Source: Anaerolineaceae bacterium UBA6086 (GTDB lineage Bacteria > Chloroflexota > Anaerolineae > Anaerolineales > Anaerolineaceae). From it: DNA of 64,000 nucleotides. The position numbers and the translations under genes were made by a program. Under the pieces are notes generated by a model that saw only the letters and a list, made by a program, of their open reading frames with translations, ran no database searches and had not been told where the DNA came from. Each line of letters begins with the position of its first letter. Position 1 is the first letter of the stretch. Positions 10,759-20,129 of the stretch are shown piece after piece. The stretch is from the NCBI GenBank assembly GCA_002436005.1, contig DIXG01000100.1, forward strand, positions 23,279 through 87,278. The letters are read 5' to 3'.

Positions 10759-11106
10759 ATGAGTGACGATAAACCTCTCAACTTCCCAATCTGGGATATC
10801 GAAGAAACCCACCCTGATGAGGTTCCAGCCATTGAAGAAGGTCTGAGTGAGATCATGGATCCGGAGCTTGGCTTGAATATCATTCAACTTGGGCTGATCC
10901 GAAATGTTTCCGTCAAGGAAGACCATGCTGTTGTGACCATGATCCTGACAACACCTTTTTGTCCTTATGGCCCAGCCCTGATGGAAAGTGCCCGGAAGAA
11001 GGTCGAAAAAATCATGGAAATGTCAACCAAGATTAACTATGGGCATGAAACCTGGGACCCTACCATGATGGAAGAAGGTCTGGCAGACGATTGGGGATTA
11101 TATTGA
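10759..11106 (+). CDS. sufT: Metal-sulfur cluster assembly factor (SufT/DUF59)
   Basis: DPELGLNIIQLGLI, TTPFCP motif. Confidence 0.88.
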   Translation: MSDDKPLNFPIWDIEETHPDEVPAIEEGLSEIMDPELGLNIIQLGLIRNVSVKEDHAVVTMILTTPFCPYGPALMESARKKVEKIMEMSTKINYGHETWDPTMMEEGLADDWGLY

Positions 11107-11110
11107 TATG

Positions 11111-11146
11111 AAAAGAGACATTGGATGGGTAACCCAATGTCTCTTC
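11111..11146. terminator. Bidirectional terminator between convergent genes
   Basis: AAGAGACATTGG...CCAATGTCTCTT inverted repeat. Confidence 0.75.
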
Positions 11147-11172
11147 TACATTGTAAACAGTTAATTTATTAT

Positions 11173-11496
11173 TTACGAAAAGAAATTTGCCAGCTTCAAG
11201 CCGAGTGATAAATCTCCGTAGGCCTTAATTTTGCCCATCATATAAGCCCGCATGGGATCTGTCTGTCCCGTCAAAACCTTGACACCTTCCTGCCCATCTG
11301 CCTTTATCGTCAGATCAGGATTGGCAACCGTTCCCTCATCGACTTTACAGGTTTGATCTTTAATTGTGATCACCCAGTTAGATGCCTGGTCTCCAGTGAA
11401 CATACACTGCACCACACCAGATGCCCCTTTCGCCTTTTCAGGTTTGAAATAATCCGGAATTTGTTTCATTACCTCAGTAACATTAATTTCTGCCAT
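11173..11496 (-). CDS. SCP2 sterol/lipid-binding domain protein
   Basis: PDLTIKAD...DPMRAYMMGKIKAYGDL typical of SCP2. Confidence 0.88.
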   Translation of the reverse strand: MAEINVTEVMKQIPDYFKPEKAKGASGVVQCMFTGDQASNWVITIKDQTCKVDEGTVANPDLTIKADGQEGVKVLTGQTDPMRAYMMGKIKAYGDLSLGLKLANFFS

Positions 11497-11510
11497 CCTC
11501 AGCTCCTTGT

Positions 11511-12089
11511 TCACTGATCAATTTTTGTCATTATAATCCAAACAATTCCTTTTCCGTGAACCTTTTCCACTTTAACATCTCCAGCGCTCAGACAAAGCGC
11601 CATGATTTTTTCAGGAGATAAAAAGTGGCTCCTCATCAAGAGAAGTTTTTCACCAATCGCAATTAACTTGACAAACACATGATGAATATTCGGTTCCTCG
11701 ATTACTATCCTTCCCCCCGGCTTGATCATCCTTACGATCTCATGGATAGTCCGTCCCTGGTCCCTGACATGGTGCAGTGCGTCTACCATAATAATCCGAT
11801 CAAAAAGCGCGTCACAGAAAGGCAGACGTTCTGATTCTGTGTTAATCGGAGTAATTCCTTTTTTTTGCGCTTCCGCAAGCATTCGCCAGGCAGGATCAGC
11901 GAGGAAAACATTTTGGCTGATCTCAGAAAACAATACAGCAACTCGTCCTGTACCTCCGCCGATGTCCAGTAAGCGCTGCTCCTGCTTCAATCCTACCAGA
12001 TCGACAATGCGCCCATCCTTCTTCTTCCCAAAGATTAAATCGTAAATCGGACCGAGGAGATTGAAATGATCGTATTTGGACACATTCAC
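11511..12089 (-). CDS. Class I SAM-dependent methyltransferase (UbiE-like)
   Basis: LLDIGGGTG, DALHH, KPGGRIVI. Confidence 0.88.
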   Translation of the reverse strand: MNVSKYDHFNLLGPIYDLIFGKKKDGRIVDLVGLKQEQRLLDIGGGTGRVAVLFSEISQNVFLADPAWRMLAEAQKKGITPINTESERLPFCDALFDRIIMVDALHHVRDQGRTIHEIVRMIKPGGRIVIEEPNIHHVFVKLIAIGEKLLLMRSHFLSPEKIMALCLSAGDVKVEKVHGKGIVWIIMTKIDQ

Positions 12090-12092
12090 CTG

Positions 12093-14006
12093 TTAGAAGA
12101 ATAATTCTGCCAGACCGCGCGCAAATAATCCAGCAATAGTGGCAATCACAGTGGTCATTGCAACGATCAGCCACATCGCCTTTCCACCAAGCTCTTTACG
12201 AATCACAATCATTGTTGCAAGGCAGGGAATATAAAACACAACAAAAACCGCGTAAGTGATCATTTGAACCGGTGTCAGCACAGTTGAGAATTCCATACTG
12301 CCCAAAGCCTGGCCCAGCATCACCAAAGACAGTTCTTTTCGCAAAACGCCAAAGATCAACGGCACGCCAACCTCATGGGGCAGACCTAAAACCCACGAAA
12401 ACGGTCTGACCAGTGTGTTTAGAAAAATTGCAACATTCAGATAATTCAAAATTGCGAGCACCACGCTGCCAACAATCAACAGTGGCCAAGCTTCAACAAT
12501 AAACTCCCGAATTCGCCACCATGCTTTGGAAAATACAGTTCGAAGTGTTGGCACCCGGTAAACGGGCATCTCAAGGATCAACCCGGGTGAGGTATCTGGC
12601 ACAATCTTTGAAAGTATTTTTGCCGTTAGGGCAATCACAAATAAGTTGAATAGATAAATGGCTAAAGCCAATCCCGGTCCGAGATAGAAAGCGACCAACC
12701 CAAATACGACGGATAAGCGTGCAGCACAGGGTACAAGCGTTGAAAGTGCCGCTGAGATAAACCGCTCTCGTTTGTCCTCCAGAATGCGGGTAGACATGAT
12801 CGCGGGCACATTACAGCCAAAGCCCAGGATGAAAGGCACGATCGACTTCCCGTGAAGACCGATTTTGTGCATCAATGAATCCATCAGGAAGGCAATCCGC
12901 GGTAAATAACCGACATCTTCCAGGATTCCCAATCCAACCAGGAAGGGCACCAGGTAAGGCAGCACAATCGCAACACCACCAGAAATCCCCTGAATCACAC
13001 CAATCAAGATCTGTGAGAGAATCCCCTCTCCACCCCCAAACCGTGAAACCAGCCAGACTTCAAATTGGGCAAAAAAATCCATCAAAGGCGCTTCGATCCA
13101 CCCACCAAAAGTATACACACCCTGAAAGAACAGGTAAAGAATAATTATTAATCCGATGTATCCGATAATTGGATGCAACAGAATATCATCCAGTTTGTCG
13201 CGAAAAGTGATATTGCGTTTTCCCTGGCGGATGACCTGCTGGGCAACCTGATCGGATAATTTGGTTCGTTCCTCGTTAATGATCCAATCCGTCGTTTTTC
13301 CCCGTGAGTGCGTTAACTCATCCTGGATTGATCTGAGATCCTTCAGAATTTCAGGTTTCTGCGAAAGGACCTGATCAATGAGGCTCTGATCACCCTCCAG
13401 AAGTTTGATCGCCAGAGCACGCGGGTTCAGGTAACTTTCTACTGCTTCTAACTCTCTCTCGAGAAGAGTCAAGGAGGATTCAATATCATGGCTATACGAA
13501 GGTGGTTTTGGTTTTTGGTTACGCTGCCCAACCTGGACCGCTTGAACAAAACAAGGCTGAATACCGCGTCCCTTGGATGCGATCATCGGAATAACGGGGA
13601 CATCAAACATGTTTTTGAGCATTTCCACATCAATATGGATGCCAATCCGATCAGCTTCATCCATCATATTCAATGCGATCACGATCGGAATTTCAAGCTC
13701 CAGCAATTCCACCGTCATTGCAAGTCCCAGAGAAAGATGAGAGGCGTCCAACACATTGATCACAACATCCACAGCGTTGGATGTGAGATATTTAATCACT
13801 TCGCGTTCTGCGGGATTGGTTCCTGCCAAGGTGTAAGTTCCTGGAAGGTCAACAACGTCGACCACACTCCCCAATACCCTCACCTGGCTCTCAATAAACG
13901 TAACCGTCGTGCCAGAAAAATTTCCAGTTTCAGCCTTATAACCAGCTACCTGATTAAATAAAGTACTTTTGCCACAGTTAGGCTGTCCAATTAATCCAAT
14001 TCGCAT
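12093..14006 (-). CDS. feoB: Ferrous iron transporter FeoB
   Basis: GQPNCGKS, DLPG, NMMD G-domain; GFGCNVP, YIPC membrane motifs. Confidence 0.96.
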   Translation of the reverse strand: MRIGLIGQPNCGKSTLFNQVAGYKAETGNFSGTTVTFIESQVRVLGSVVDVVDLPGTYTLAGTNPAEREVIKYLTSNAVDVVINVLDASHLSLGLAMTVELLELEIPIVIALNMMDEADRIGIHIDVEMLKNMFDVPVIPMIASKGRGIQPCFVQAVQVGQRNQKPKPPSYSHDIESSLTLLERELEAVESYLNPRALAIKLLEGDQSLIDQVLSQKPEILKDLRSIQDELTHSRGKTTDWIINEERTKLSDQVAQQVIRQGKRNITFRDKLDDILLHPIIGYIGLIIILYLFFQGVYTFGGWIEAPLMDFFAQFEVWLVSRFGGGEGILSQILIGVIQGISGGVAIVLPYLVPFLVGLGILEDVGYLPRIAFLMDSLMHKIGLHGKSIVPFILGFGCNVPAIMSTRILEDKRERFISAALSTLVPCAARLSVVFGLVAFYLGPGLALAIYLFNLFVIALTAKILSKIVPDTSPGLILEMPVYRVPTLRTVFSKAWWRIREFIVEAWPLLIVGSVVLAILNYLNVAIFLNTLVRPFSWVLGLPHEVGVPLIFGVLRKELSLVMLGQALGSMEFSTVLTPVQMITYAVFVVFYIPCLATMIVIRKELGGKAMWLIVAMTTVIATIAGLFARGLAELFF

Positions 14007-14230
14007 CAAATGACCTCAACCTGAACTCGGGCTGCAATCCCACGCCCAATAGCCACAGATCTTCCCCCAGCATCGACCATCAAAGGCCCACCCATTGGAG
14101 CATACCGCAGGATTTTCACTTCCTTACCGGGGCACAACCCAAGTTGACGCAGCTTGAAGCTAACGCCTTTCCCCCCACTATAAGTCACAATCCGTACTGA
14201 TTGGTTTATAGGCACGTCTAATAAATTCAT
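14006..14230 (-). CDS. feoA: Ferrous iron transport protein FeoA
   Basis: LRQLGL.PG...APMGGP; TGATG overlap with feoB. Confidence 0.93.
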   Translation of the reverse strand: MNLLDVPINQSVRIVTYSGGKGVSFKLRQLGLCPGKEVKILRYAPMGGPLMVDAGGRSVAIGRGIAARVQVEVI

Positions 14231-14245
14231 TTAGCCTCGAATAAT

Positions 14246-14266
14246 AAGTTTTATGTATTCTAACTT
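14246..14266. promoter_or_regulatory. Possible DtxR/MntR-type metal operator upstream of feoA
   Basis: AAGTT-N11-AACTT inverted repeat; minus-strand core TTAG-N5-ATAA. Confidence 0.3.
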
Positions 14267-14411
14267 TCCAATGAATTATCGTCAAGATCAAAATGGCACC
14301 ATTTATGTCATCTTAAAACTTAACAAACGTCAGAACTCAGCTTCTTGGCACAAAAATCCTGATTGTGTTGTAAACTTATTCAAGAAAAAAGAAACTGAAA
14401 AGGTGAATGCG

Positions 14412-15425
14412 ATGAAAGTTCTCCGTTTATATGATGCAAATAATCTTCGTCTTGAAGAGAAACAGAAACCATACCCCACCGAAAGTGAAGTCTTACTAAA
14501 AATTGCAAGTGTGGGCATCTGTGGTTCTGATATTCACTACTTTCATGAGGGTGGCACCGGCAGCCTGCAGCTCGACCAGCCTTTGATCCTCGGCCATGAA
14601 TTCTCTGCCTGGGTTGAAAGTGGATTCCAAAAAGGGCAGCTGGTGACAGTTGATCCGGCTCTCCCGTGTGGAACATGTGAATTCTGCCGTGAAGGGAACC
14701 CAAACTTTTGCGAAAAGCTCGAATTCGCTGGGGCAGAAGAGACAGATGGGGCTTTGCAAGAATTTGTGTGCTGGCCTGCATCATCTATCTATCCATTACC
14801 AGAGCAGTTCTCCCCACAAGCAGGTGCCCTTTTCGAGCCATTAGGAATTGCGATACACGCCCTGCACCTTGGTAAGGTTTTTCCGGGTATGGATGTTGGA
14901 GTCTTTGGTGCTGGCACAGTTGGTCTGTTGACCATTCAGATGGCAAAACTGGCTGGTGCAGCCCGAATTTTTGCGACCGATCTCCTACCTCACCGGCTTG
15001 ATGCAGCGCTTGCCTGTGGGGCAACCGATGTGCTTCCTGCCGATGGAAACGAAGCAGAGAAAATTCTGAAATTAACTGGTGGGCGAGGTCTTGATGTCAC
15101 TTTTGAAGCAGCTGGCGACGATGGATCAGCAGTTGAGACGGCTGTGATCGCGTCCAAGCGCGGCGGAACTGCGGTTCTGATTGGTATCCCTTCCGAAGAT
15201 ACCACTTGCTTTACTGCATCAGCTGCCAGGCGCAGAGGGCTGACAATCAAACTTTCCCGCAGAATGAAGAATACCTACCCCACTGCAATTCGTTTAGTTG
15301 CCAATGGCATGGTTGATTTGCAGCCAATTATCACACATCAATTTACTCTTGATAATTACGAGCTGGCATTCAAAACGGCTGCCCAAAGAGAGGGCGTAAA
15401 AGTCTTTATTGATTTCGCCAGCTGA
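14412..15425 (+). CDS. Zn-dependent alcohol/polyol dehydrogenase (sorbitol DH-like)
   Basis: CGSDIH, GHE, CxxCxxC...C structural Zn site, GAGTVG. Confidence 0.9.
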   Translation: MKVLRLYDANNLRLEEKQKPYPTESEVLLKIASVGICGSDIHYFHEGGTGSLQLDQPLILGHEFSAWVESGFQKGQLVTVDPALPCGTCEFCREGNPNFCEKLEFAGAEETDGALQEFVCWPASSIYPLPEQFSPQAGALFEPLGIAIHALHLGKVFPGMDVGVFGAGTVGLLTIQMAKLAGAARIFATDLLPHRLDAALACGATDVLPADGNEAEKILKLTGGRGLDVTFEAAGDDGSAVETAVIASKRGGTAVLIGIPSEDTTCFTASAARRRGLTIKLSRRMKNTYPTAIRLVANGMVDLQPIITHQFTLDNYELAFKTAAQREGVKVFIDFAS

Positions 15426-15522
15426 TTGGCAAATATGCTGAGACTGGAAAAAATCGCTCGCTAATTTCCCCCCAAATTCCTCAGCAAAATATCAAGTGCA
15501 CGAAAAGAGGAAAGCGCAATTC

Positions 15523-16689
15523 ATGACATCACTGCCGCCATTTCTTATGACTTCTGAAGAGGGATCTTTCGCTCAGAAGACCATAAAAGAAAGAAAGCCT
15601 CAAATCATTAACACCATTTTGTCCCAATTTGACTTCACACCCGAAATCCGTGCCACATTAAATCAATTCATCCAGGAATTGGACCATAAGAGCATTTGCG
15701 CGTTGGAAGAAAACACCAGTGACCGGGCATTTTGGGATCAGGACATTGAACCCTGGCTCGGAAAAACATGGTTTGAGCTGCCGTGGTATTTTGCTGAAAC
15801 CTTTTTTTACCGCCGGCTGCTGGAAATCACCACCTACTTCCAGCCCGGGCCATTCATGGGCATTGATCCCTTCGGTGTATCAAAAGAACAGGAGCTGCTG
15901 ACTGCGCTGCCCGTTTTCGAAGAGATCTATACCAACAAACCCCAGATGGAACAGCTTGATGCATTCACTTATTACTGTTATCGCGCCTTGTGGAGTAATC
16001 GTGCTGACCTGAGCAACCTGGGTGTGGCTGAAACCAGCATGGGCGATCAAGCCCACCATATCATCCTTAACCACACCGTTGACGCTTACCAATTCTTAAA
16101 GGAACAAAACGGAAATATTGCTTATTTCCTCGATAATGCAGGCAAAGAGCTGCTCTTTGATCTTGCCCTGATGGATCATCTCCTTTCTTCAGGGCTTGTC
16201 ACCTCAATCACGTGCTACCTCAAGAATCAACCCTTTTTCGTCTCGGATGCCATGCCGTGGGATTTATTCATGGCGATCAAGCGCTTATCTGCCTCAAATT
16301 ATGAACAGACTCGGGTTTTTGCGAACCGAATTATCAAATGGCTGCATCGTGGCGCAATTACCGTTCAAACGCCGCAGTTTCTGACCAGCAGCAGGATGTA
16401 TCGTCAAATGCCCAAAGTGCTCTACACACAGCTCCAGTCCTATGACCTGGTCATTCTAAAAGGTGATGTCAATTACAGACGTCTTTTCGGAGACCGCCAT
16501 TGGGAACCCACCACCCCGATCGAGTTAGCAGCAGGCTACTTCCCGACAAATTACCTCAGTCTGCGAACCCTCAAAGCAGAAATTGTTCTGGGACTTGACC
16601 CATTAACGCTCGAATACCTGCAGAGGAATGCCGAACCGGATTGGCGCATCAACGGTAAGCGCGGCATGATCACCTTCGGCAGAAAATAA
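15523..16689 (+). CDS. Damage-control phosphatase, ARMT1/DUF89 family
   Basis: PWYFAETFFYRR, DNAG.E, FVSDA, KGDVNYRRL, RTLKAE. Confidence 0.9.
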   Translation: MTSLPPFLMTSEEGSFAQKTIKERKPQIINTILSQFDFTPEIRATLNQFIQELDHKSICALEENTSDRAFWDQDIEPWLGKTWFELPWYFAETFFYRRLLEITTYFQPGPFMGIDPFGVSKEQELLTALPVFEEIYTNKPQMEQLDAFTYYCYRALWSNRADLSNLGVAETSMGDQAHHIILNHTVDAYQFLKEQNGNIAYFLDNAGKELLFDLALMDHLLSSGLVTSITCYLKNQPFFVSDAMPWDLFMAIKRLSASNYEQTRVFANRIIKWLHRGAITVQTPQFLTSSRMYRQMPKVLYTQLQSYDLVILKGDVNYRRLFGDRHWEPTTPIELAAGYFPTNYLSLRTLKAEIVLGLDPLTLEYLQRNAEPDWRINGKRGMITFGRK

Positions 16690-16834
16690 ACATTGGCACT
16701 ATTCCAAAATCATCCGTATGTATTCTCAAGCGTCACACCGATAAATCACGAATATTGGCTTTCCACTATTTGCCACGATAAACAACAATAACCAGCTTGG
16801 TTTTTTATTAGCTGAAATCCATTGTCGGAAAACT

Positions 16835-16872
16835 CAGGCGAAGAATGCCTGTCAAGGCGAAGAATGCCTTGA
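16835..16872. repeat. Tandem 15-bp direct repeat (AGGCGAAGAATGCCT x2), each copy a hairpin
   Basis: CAGGC-GAAGAAT-GCCTG then TCAAGGC-GAAGAAT-GCCTTGA. Confidence 0.85.
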
Positions 16873-16897
16873 TTCATTGCGCAATTGTCTTTATAAT
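16869..16897 (+). promoter_or_regulatory. Sigma70-type promoter of dnaE2
   Basis: TTGATT-17 nt-TATAAT. Confidence 0.7.
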
Positions 16898-16904
16898 AAT
16901 AATT

Positions 16905-16918
16905 AGAACAATTATTCG
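16905..16918. promoter_or_regulatory. Putative LexA (SOS) box
   Basis: AGAACAATTATTCG, one mismatch from the GAAC-N4-GTTC core used by Firmicutes/Chloroflexota LexA; just downstream of -10. Confidence 0.6.
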
Positions 16919-16935
16919 ATTATTGAGCGCGCACA

Positions 16936-19900
16936 ATGAATACGTTACCCTTTGCCCAACTGAGAACACATTCCTACTTTAGTTTTTTAGGATCTCTTTG
17001 TGCACCCAAAGACCTGGTGGAAATTGCACAAGCCCAGAGAATGAGCGCTATTGGACTGACGGATTACCGACATCTGACCGGTGCAATTGACTTTTATGAA
17101 ACCTGCAAAACCACAAATATCAAACCCATTATTGGTCTGGAAATCGACCTGGATTACCAGGGACAACAAGGGAAATTTACCCTTTTTGCAAAGGATCTGG
17201 TGGGCTGGTCAAACCTTTGCCGCTTAAGCACTCACATGCTCGCTCATAACAGCCTTATCACAATCGGCGACCTGGAAAAACACCAGTCTGGTCTGATTGG
17301 TCTGGTGGGTGATCCACGCGGTGTCCTGAAAAACCTGATTCAAAACCGAACATCCGACCCTCAACTCCCAAATCGTTTTCTCGAAGATCTCAAATCCTTT
17401 TTCTTTGAAGATCTCTTTATCGAGGTACAGCGATTTGATACAGGCAGGCTCAAAAACGAAAATAGCCTTGTTGAAATGGCTCACCAGCTCAATATCCCAA
17501 TAATCGCATCTCAAAATATTCTTTATACACAAAAAGAGGATAAAGCAAGATTTCAGACTCTAACTGCCATCAAGCACAATACCCCGATCCAAAATCTATC
17601 TGCCCTCCTGCTGCCCCCAGGGTCAGCCCATTTTCCTGATCATCAGGATTTTGCTCACCGATTTGCTGACATTCCTGAAGCTTTAGAAAATATCCAGATG
17701 ATCATTGACCGATGCAATCTTGAATTACCGCTCGGACAAACCCATTTTCCAGCCTTCCCGACCCCGGATGGCGTTTCACCATCAGCATTTTTACGTGATC
17801 AAGCCCTCGCAGGCGCAAAAAAATGCTACGGAAATTTAACCAGTGAGATATTGGATCGACTGGACCATGAACTCAACATCATCTCAGAAATGGGATATGA
17901 GCCCATCTTCCTGATCGTGCAAGATGTGCTAAAGCACGCACGCAAATTGGGCATTCCTACATCCTCTCGCGGCTCAGCAGCCTCATCGCTTGTGGCACAT
18001 TGCCTTGAAATCACCTCACCAGATCCCATCACCCTTAATCTTTATTTTGAGCGCTTCCTCAACCCCGCCAGGAAAAAACCACCGGATATTGACACGGATA
18101 TCTCCTCGGAGCGAAGAGATGAAGTAATTCAGTATGTATTTGATGTTTATGGCGCCGATCGGGTAGCTATGGTGGGCACAATTACCCGCTATCGTCCAAA
18201 ATCCGCTCTTGGTGATGTGGCAAAAGCCTACGGACTTTCTCCTGAGACAATTCGGCAACTATCCAAGAAACTCCCCTCGTCCTTCCGCTTCCAACAAGCA
18301 GCAAACGAAACCGATCCGTTTTCACCCCTGCTGCGCGAAAGTCTGAATCCGATCATCAAAGAGATCATTGCAGATGCAAGGTCGATCTTAGATATCCCCC
18401 ATCATCTCTCCGTTCATCCGGGGGGGATTGTGATCGCGCCATTTCCGATCACGAACCTGATTCCTCTCGTGCATTCAGATTCTCTTGGTATCAACCACGC
18501 CCAATTTGATCTCGAAGGGATTGAGAAATTCGGTATGGTCAAAATTGACCTTTTGGGCATTCGAGGGTTGAGTGTGATGGGAGATGTTGCCGAAAAAATT
18601 CATTCCTGGCATATCACAGAATTCTCAAATGGGCTTGATGTATTGGATCGCATTCCTGCAGATGATCGTAAAACGACTGGGCTGATTGAGCAGGCAAAGA
18701 CCATTGGATGCTTTCAAATCGAAAGCCCCGGCATGCGTGCAACCCTCAAAGAAATCAAAGCCAGAACGCCAGAGGACATCATGGCTGCCCTGGCACTTTA
18801 CAGGCCTGGTCCCCTGAAAGGTGGACTGAGGGATGCATTCGTGAGACGGTTCAAAGGTGAAGAACCCGTGGTGCACCTTCATCATTCCCTGAGCGATTTA
18901 CTGCAGGAAACCTACGGCGTGATACTATACCAGGAACAGGTCCTTCGCATTGCGCACGAATTGGGGGGACTCTCTATCGCGCAGGCAGATATCCTCAGGC
19001 GAGCCATGAGCCACTTTAATCCTGGCAGCATGATGGAAACACTTCGCAAACACTTCATCGATGGCGCCATGCAGCGAAAAGGGGTACCCGAGGACACGGC
19101 ACTTCAAATCTGGGACATGATGGCGGCATTTGCTGGATACGGTTTCCCAAAAGCCCATGCGGCATCATACGCGCAGCTCGCCTGGAATTCTGCCTGGTGC
19201 AAGGCACACTATCCCGCCGAATTCATGGCGGCAGTGCTCGGTTTTGGAGGAGGGTATTACTCCCAGCGTGTTTACCTGATGGAAGCCAGGCGGCTGGGGC
19301 TGACCATCAAACCGCCTCACATCAACCACAGTCTTAAGCGCTTCAACGTTAAATACCCTGATGGACAGCCCATCCTCTACATGGGGCTCAATCAGGTGCG
19401 TGATCTGACGCAGCACACGATTGAACGCATCATTCGCCATCGACCATACCACTCCTTTGAAGATTTTATCCTGCGGTCAGATCCGCATAGGAAAGAGTTG
19501 GAAAATCTCATCAAATGTAATGCATTGGAGGGACTGATATCAATTCCAGATGGATTAAACCGCATAACGCATCAACATCCACGCGGCCAGCTGGCATTGT
19601 TCACACCGCCGCAAAAAGAAGAAGGAGAATGGACCGGCGAGCAGCAGCGTTTTGCCCAAGAAGAAATTCTCGGTGTGAGTCTGGATATCTCACCTTTGGA
19701 ACGTTTTGCAGAACAGATCAGCAACATGGGTGCAATTTCAACCATCGAAGCAGAAGCACGTATCGGGGAAAGCGTTTGTGTAGCCGGGATGCGCCAGACG
19801 CTACGCAGGTATAAAAACCGATCCGGGCAAATGATGTGCTTCTTAAGTCTTGAAGATCTCGAGGGATCCTTACAGGTGCACATTCCCGCATCACTTTACG

Positions 19901-20019
19901 CCAAACATTATCAAATCCTGCAATCGCAGGGACCTTTCCTGGTTCAGGGGCACATCGAACAAAATCAATTCCAGATGCGCACCTGGCTGATGGCAGAAAA
20001 AATTTCCCTGCTAAATTGA
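16936..20019 (+). CDS. dnaE2: DNA polymerase III alpha subunit, probably error-prone DnaE2 type
   Basis: PHP (HSYFSF), SRGSAA, PDIDTD, YGFPKAHA, QLALF clamp motif, OB fold; 1027 aa with no long C-terminal tail; SOS-like box. Confidence 0.8.
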   Translation: MNTLPFAQLRTHSYFSFLGSLCAPKDLVEIAQAQRMSAIGLTDYRHLTGAIDFYETCKTTNIKPIIGLEIDLDYQGQQGKFTLFAKDLVGWSNLCRLSTHMLAHNSLITIGDLEKHQSGLIGLVGDPRGVLKNLIQNRTSDPQLPNRFLEDLKSFFFEDLFIEVQRFDTGRLKNENSLVEMAHQLNIPIIASQNILYTQKEDKARFQTLTAIKHNTPIQNLSALLLPPGSAHFPDHQDFAHRFADIPEALENIQMIIDRCNLELPLGQTHFPAFPTPDGVSPSAFLRDQALAGAKKCYGNLTSEILDRLDHELNIISEMGYEPIFLIVQDVLKHARKLGIPTSSRGSAASSLVAHCLEITSPDPITLNLYFERFLNPARKKPPDIDTDISSERRDEVIQYVFDVYGADRVAMVGTITRYRPKSALGDVAKAYGLSPETIRQLSKKLPSSFRFQQAANETDPFSPLLRESLNPIIKEIIADARSILDIPHHLSVHPGGIVIAPFPITNLIPLVHSDSLGINHAQFDLEGIEKFGMVKIDLLGIRGLSVMGDVAEKIHSWHITEFSNGLDVLDRIPADDRKTTGLIEQAKTIGCFQIESPGMRATLKEIKARTPEDIMAALALYRPGPLKGGLRDAFVRRFKGEEPVVHLHHSLSDLLQETYGVILYQEQVLRIAHELGGLSIAQADILRRAMSHFNPGSMMETLRKHFIDGAMQRKGVPEDTALQIWDMMAAFAGYGFPKAHAASYAQLAWNSAWCKAHYPAEFMAAVLGFGGGYYSQRVYLMEARRLGLTIKPPHINHSLKRFNVKYPDGQPILYMGLNQVRDLTQHTIERIIRHRPYHSFEDFILRSDPHRKELENLIKCNALEGLISIPDGLNRITHQHPRGQLALFTPPQKEEGEWTGEQQRFAQEEILGVSLDISPLERFAEQISNMGAISTIEAEARIGESVCVAGMRQTLRRYKNRSGQMMCFLSLEDLEGSLQVHIPASLYAKHYQILQSQGPFLVQGHIEQNQFQMRTWLMAEKISLLN

Positions 20020-20129
20020 TGCAGCAGAACAACCCGCCTGATCTCCCTTGCCGTCCGATCAGCTACCGACTATACTTGACTCAATAAAGTAAATACATCC
20101 ACCGCTTGTCCATAATTTGGGAGGTCAGA

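Noticed and set aside
14253..14411. N-terminal extensions in the ORF track (ADH, sufB, zwf, 56605, 33926-34654)
   Set aside because: Downstream ATGs with better RBS and family-typical starts exist; the extensions cover promoter regions or neighbouring genes
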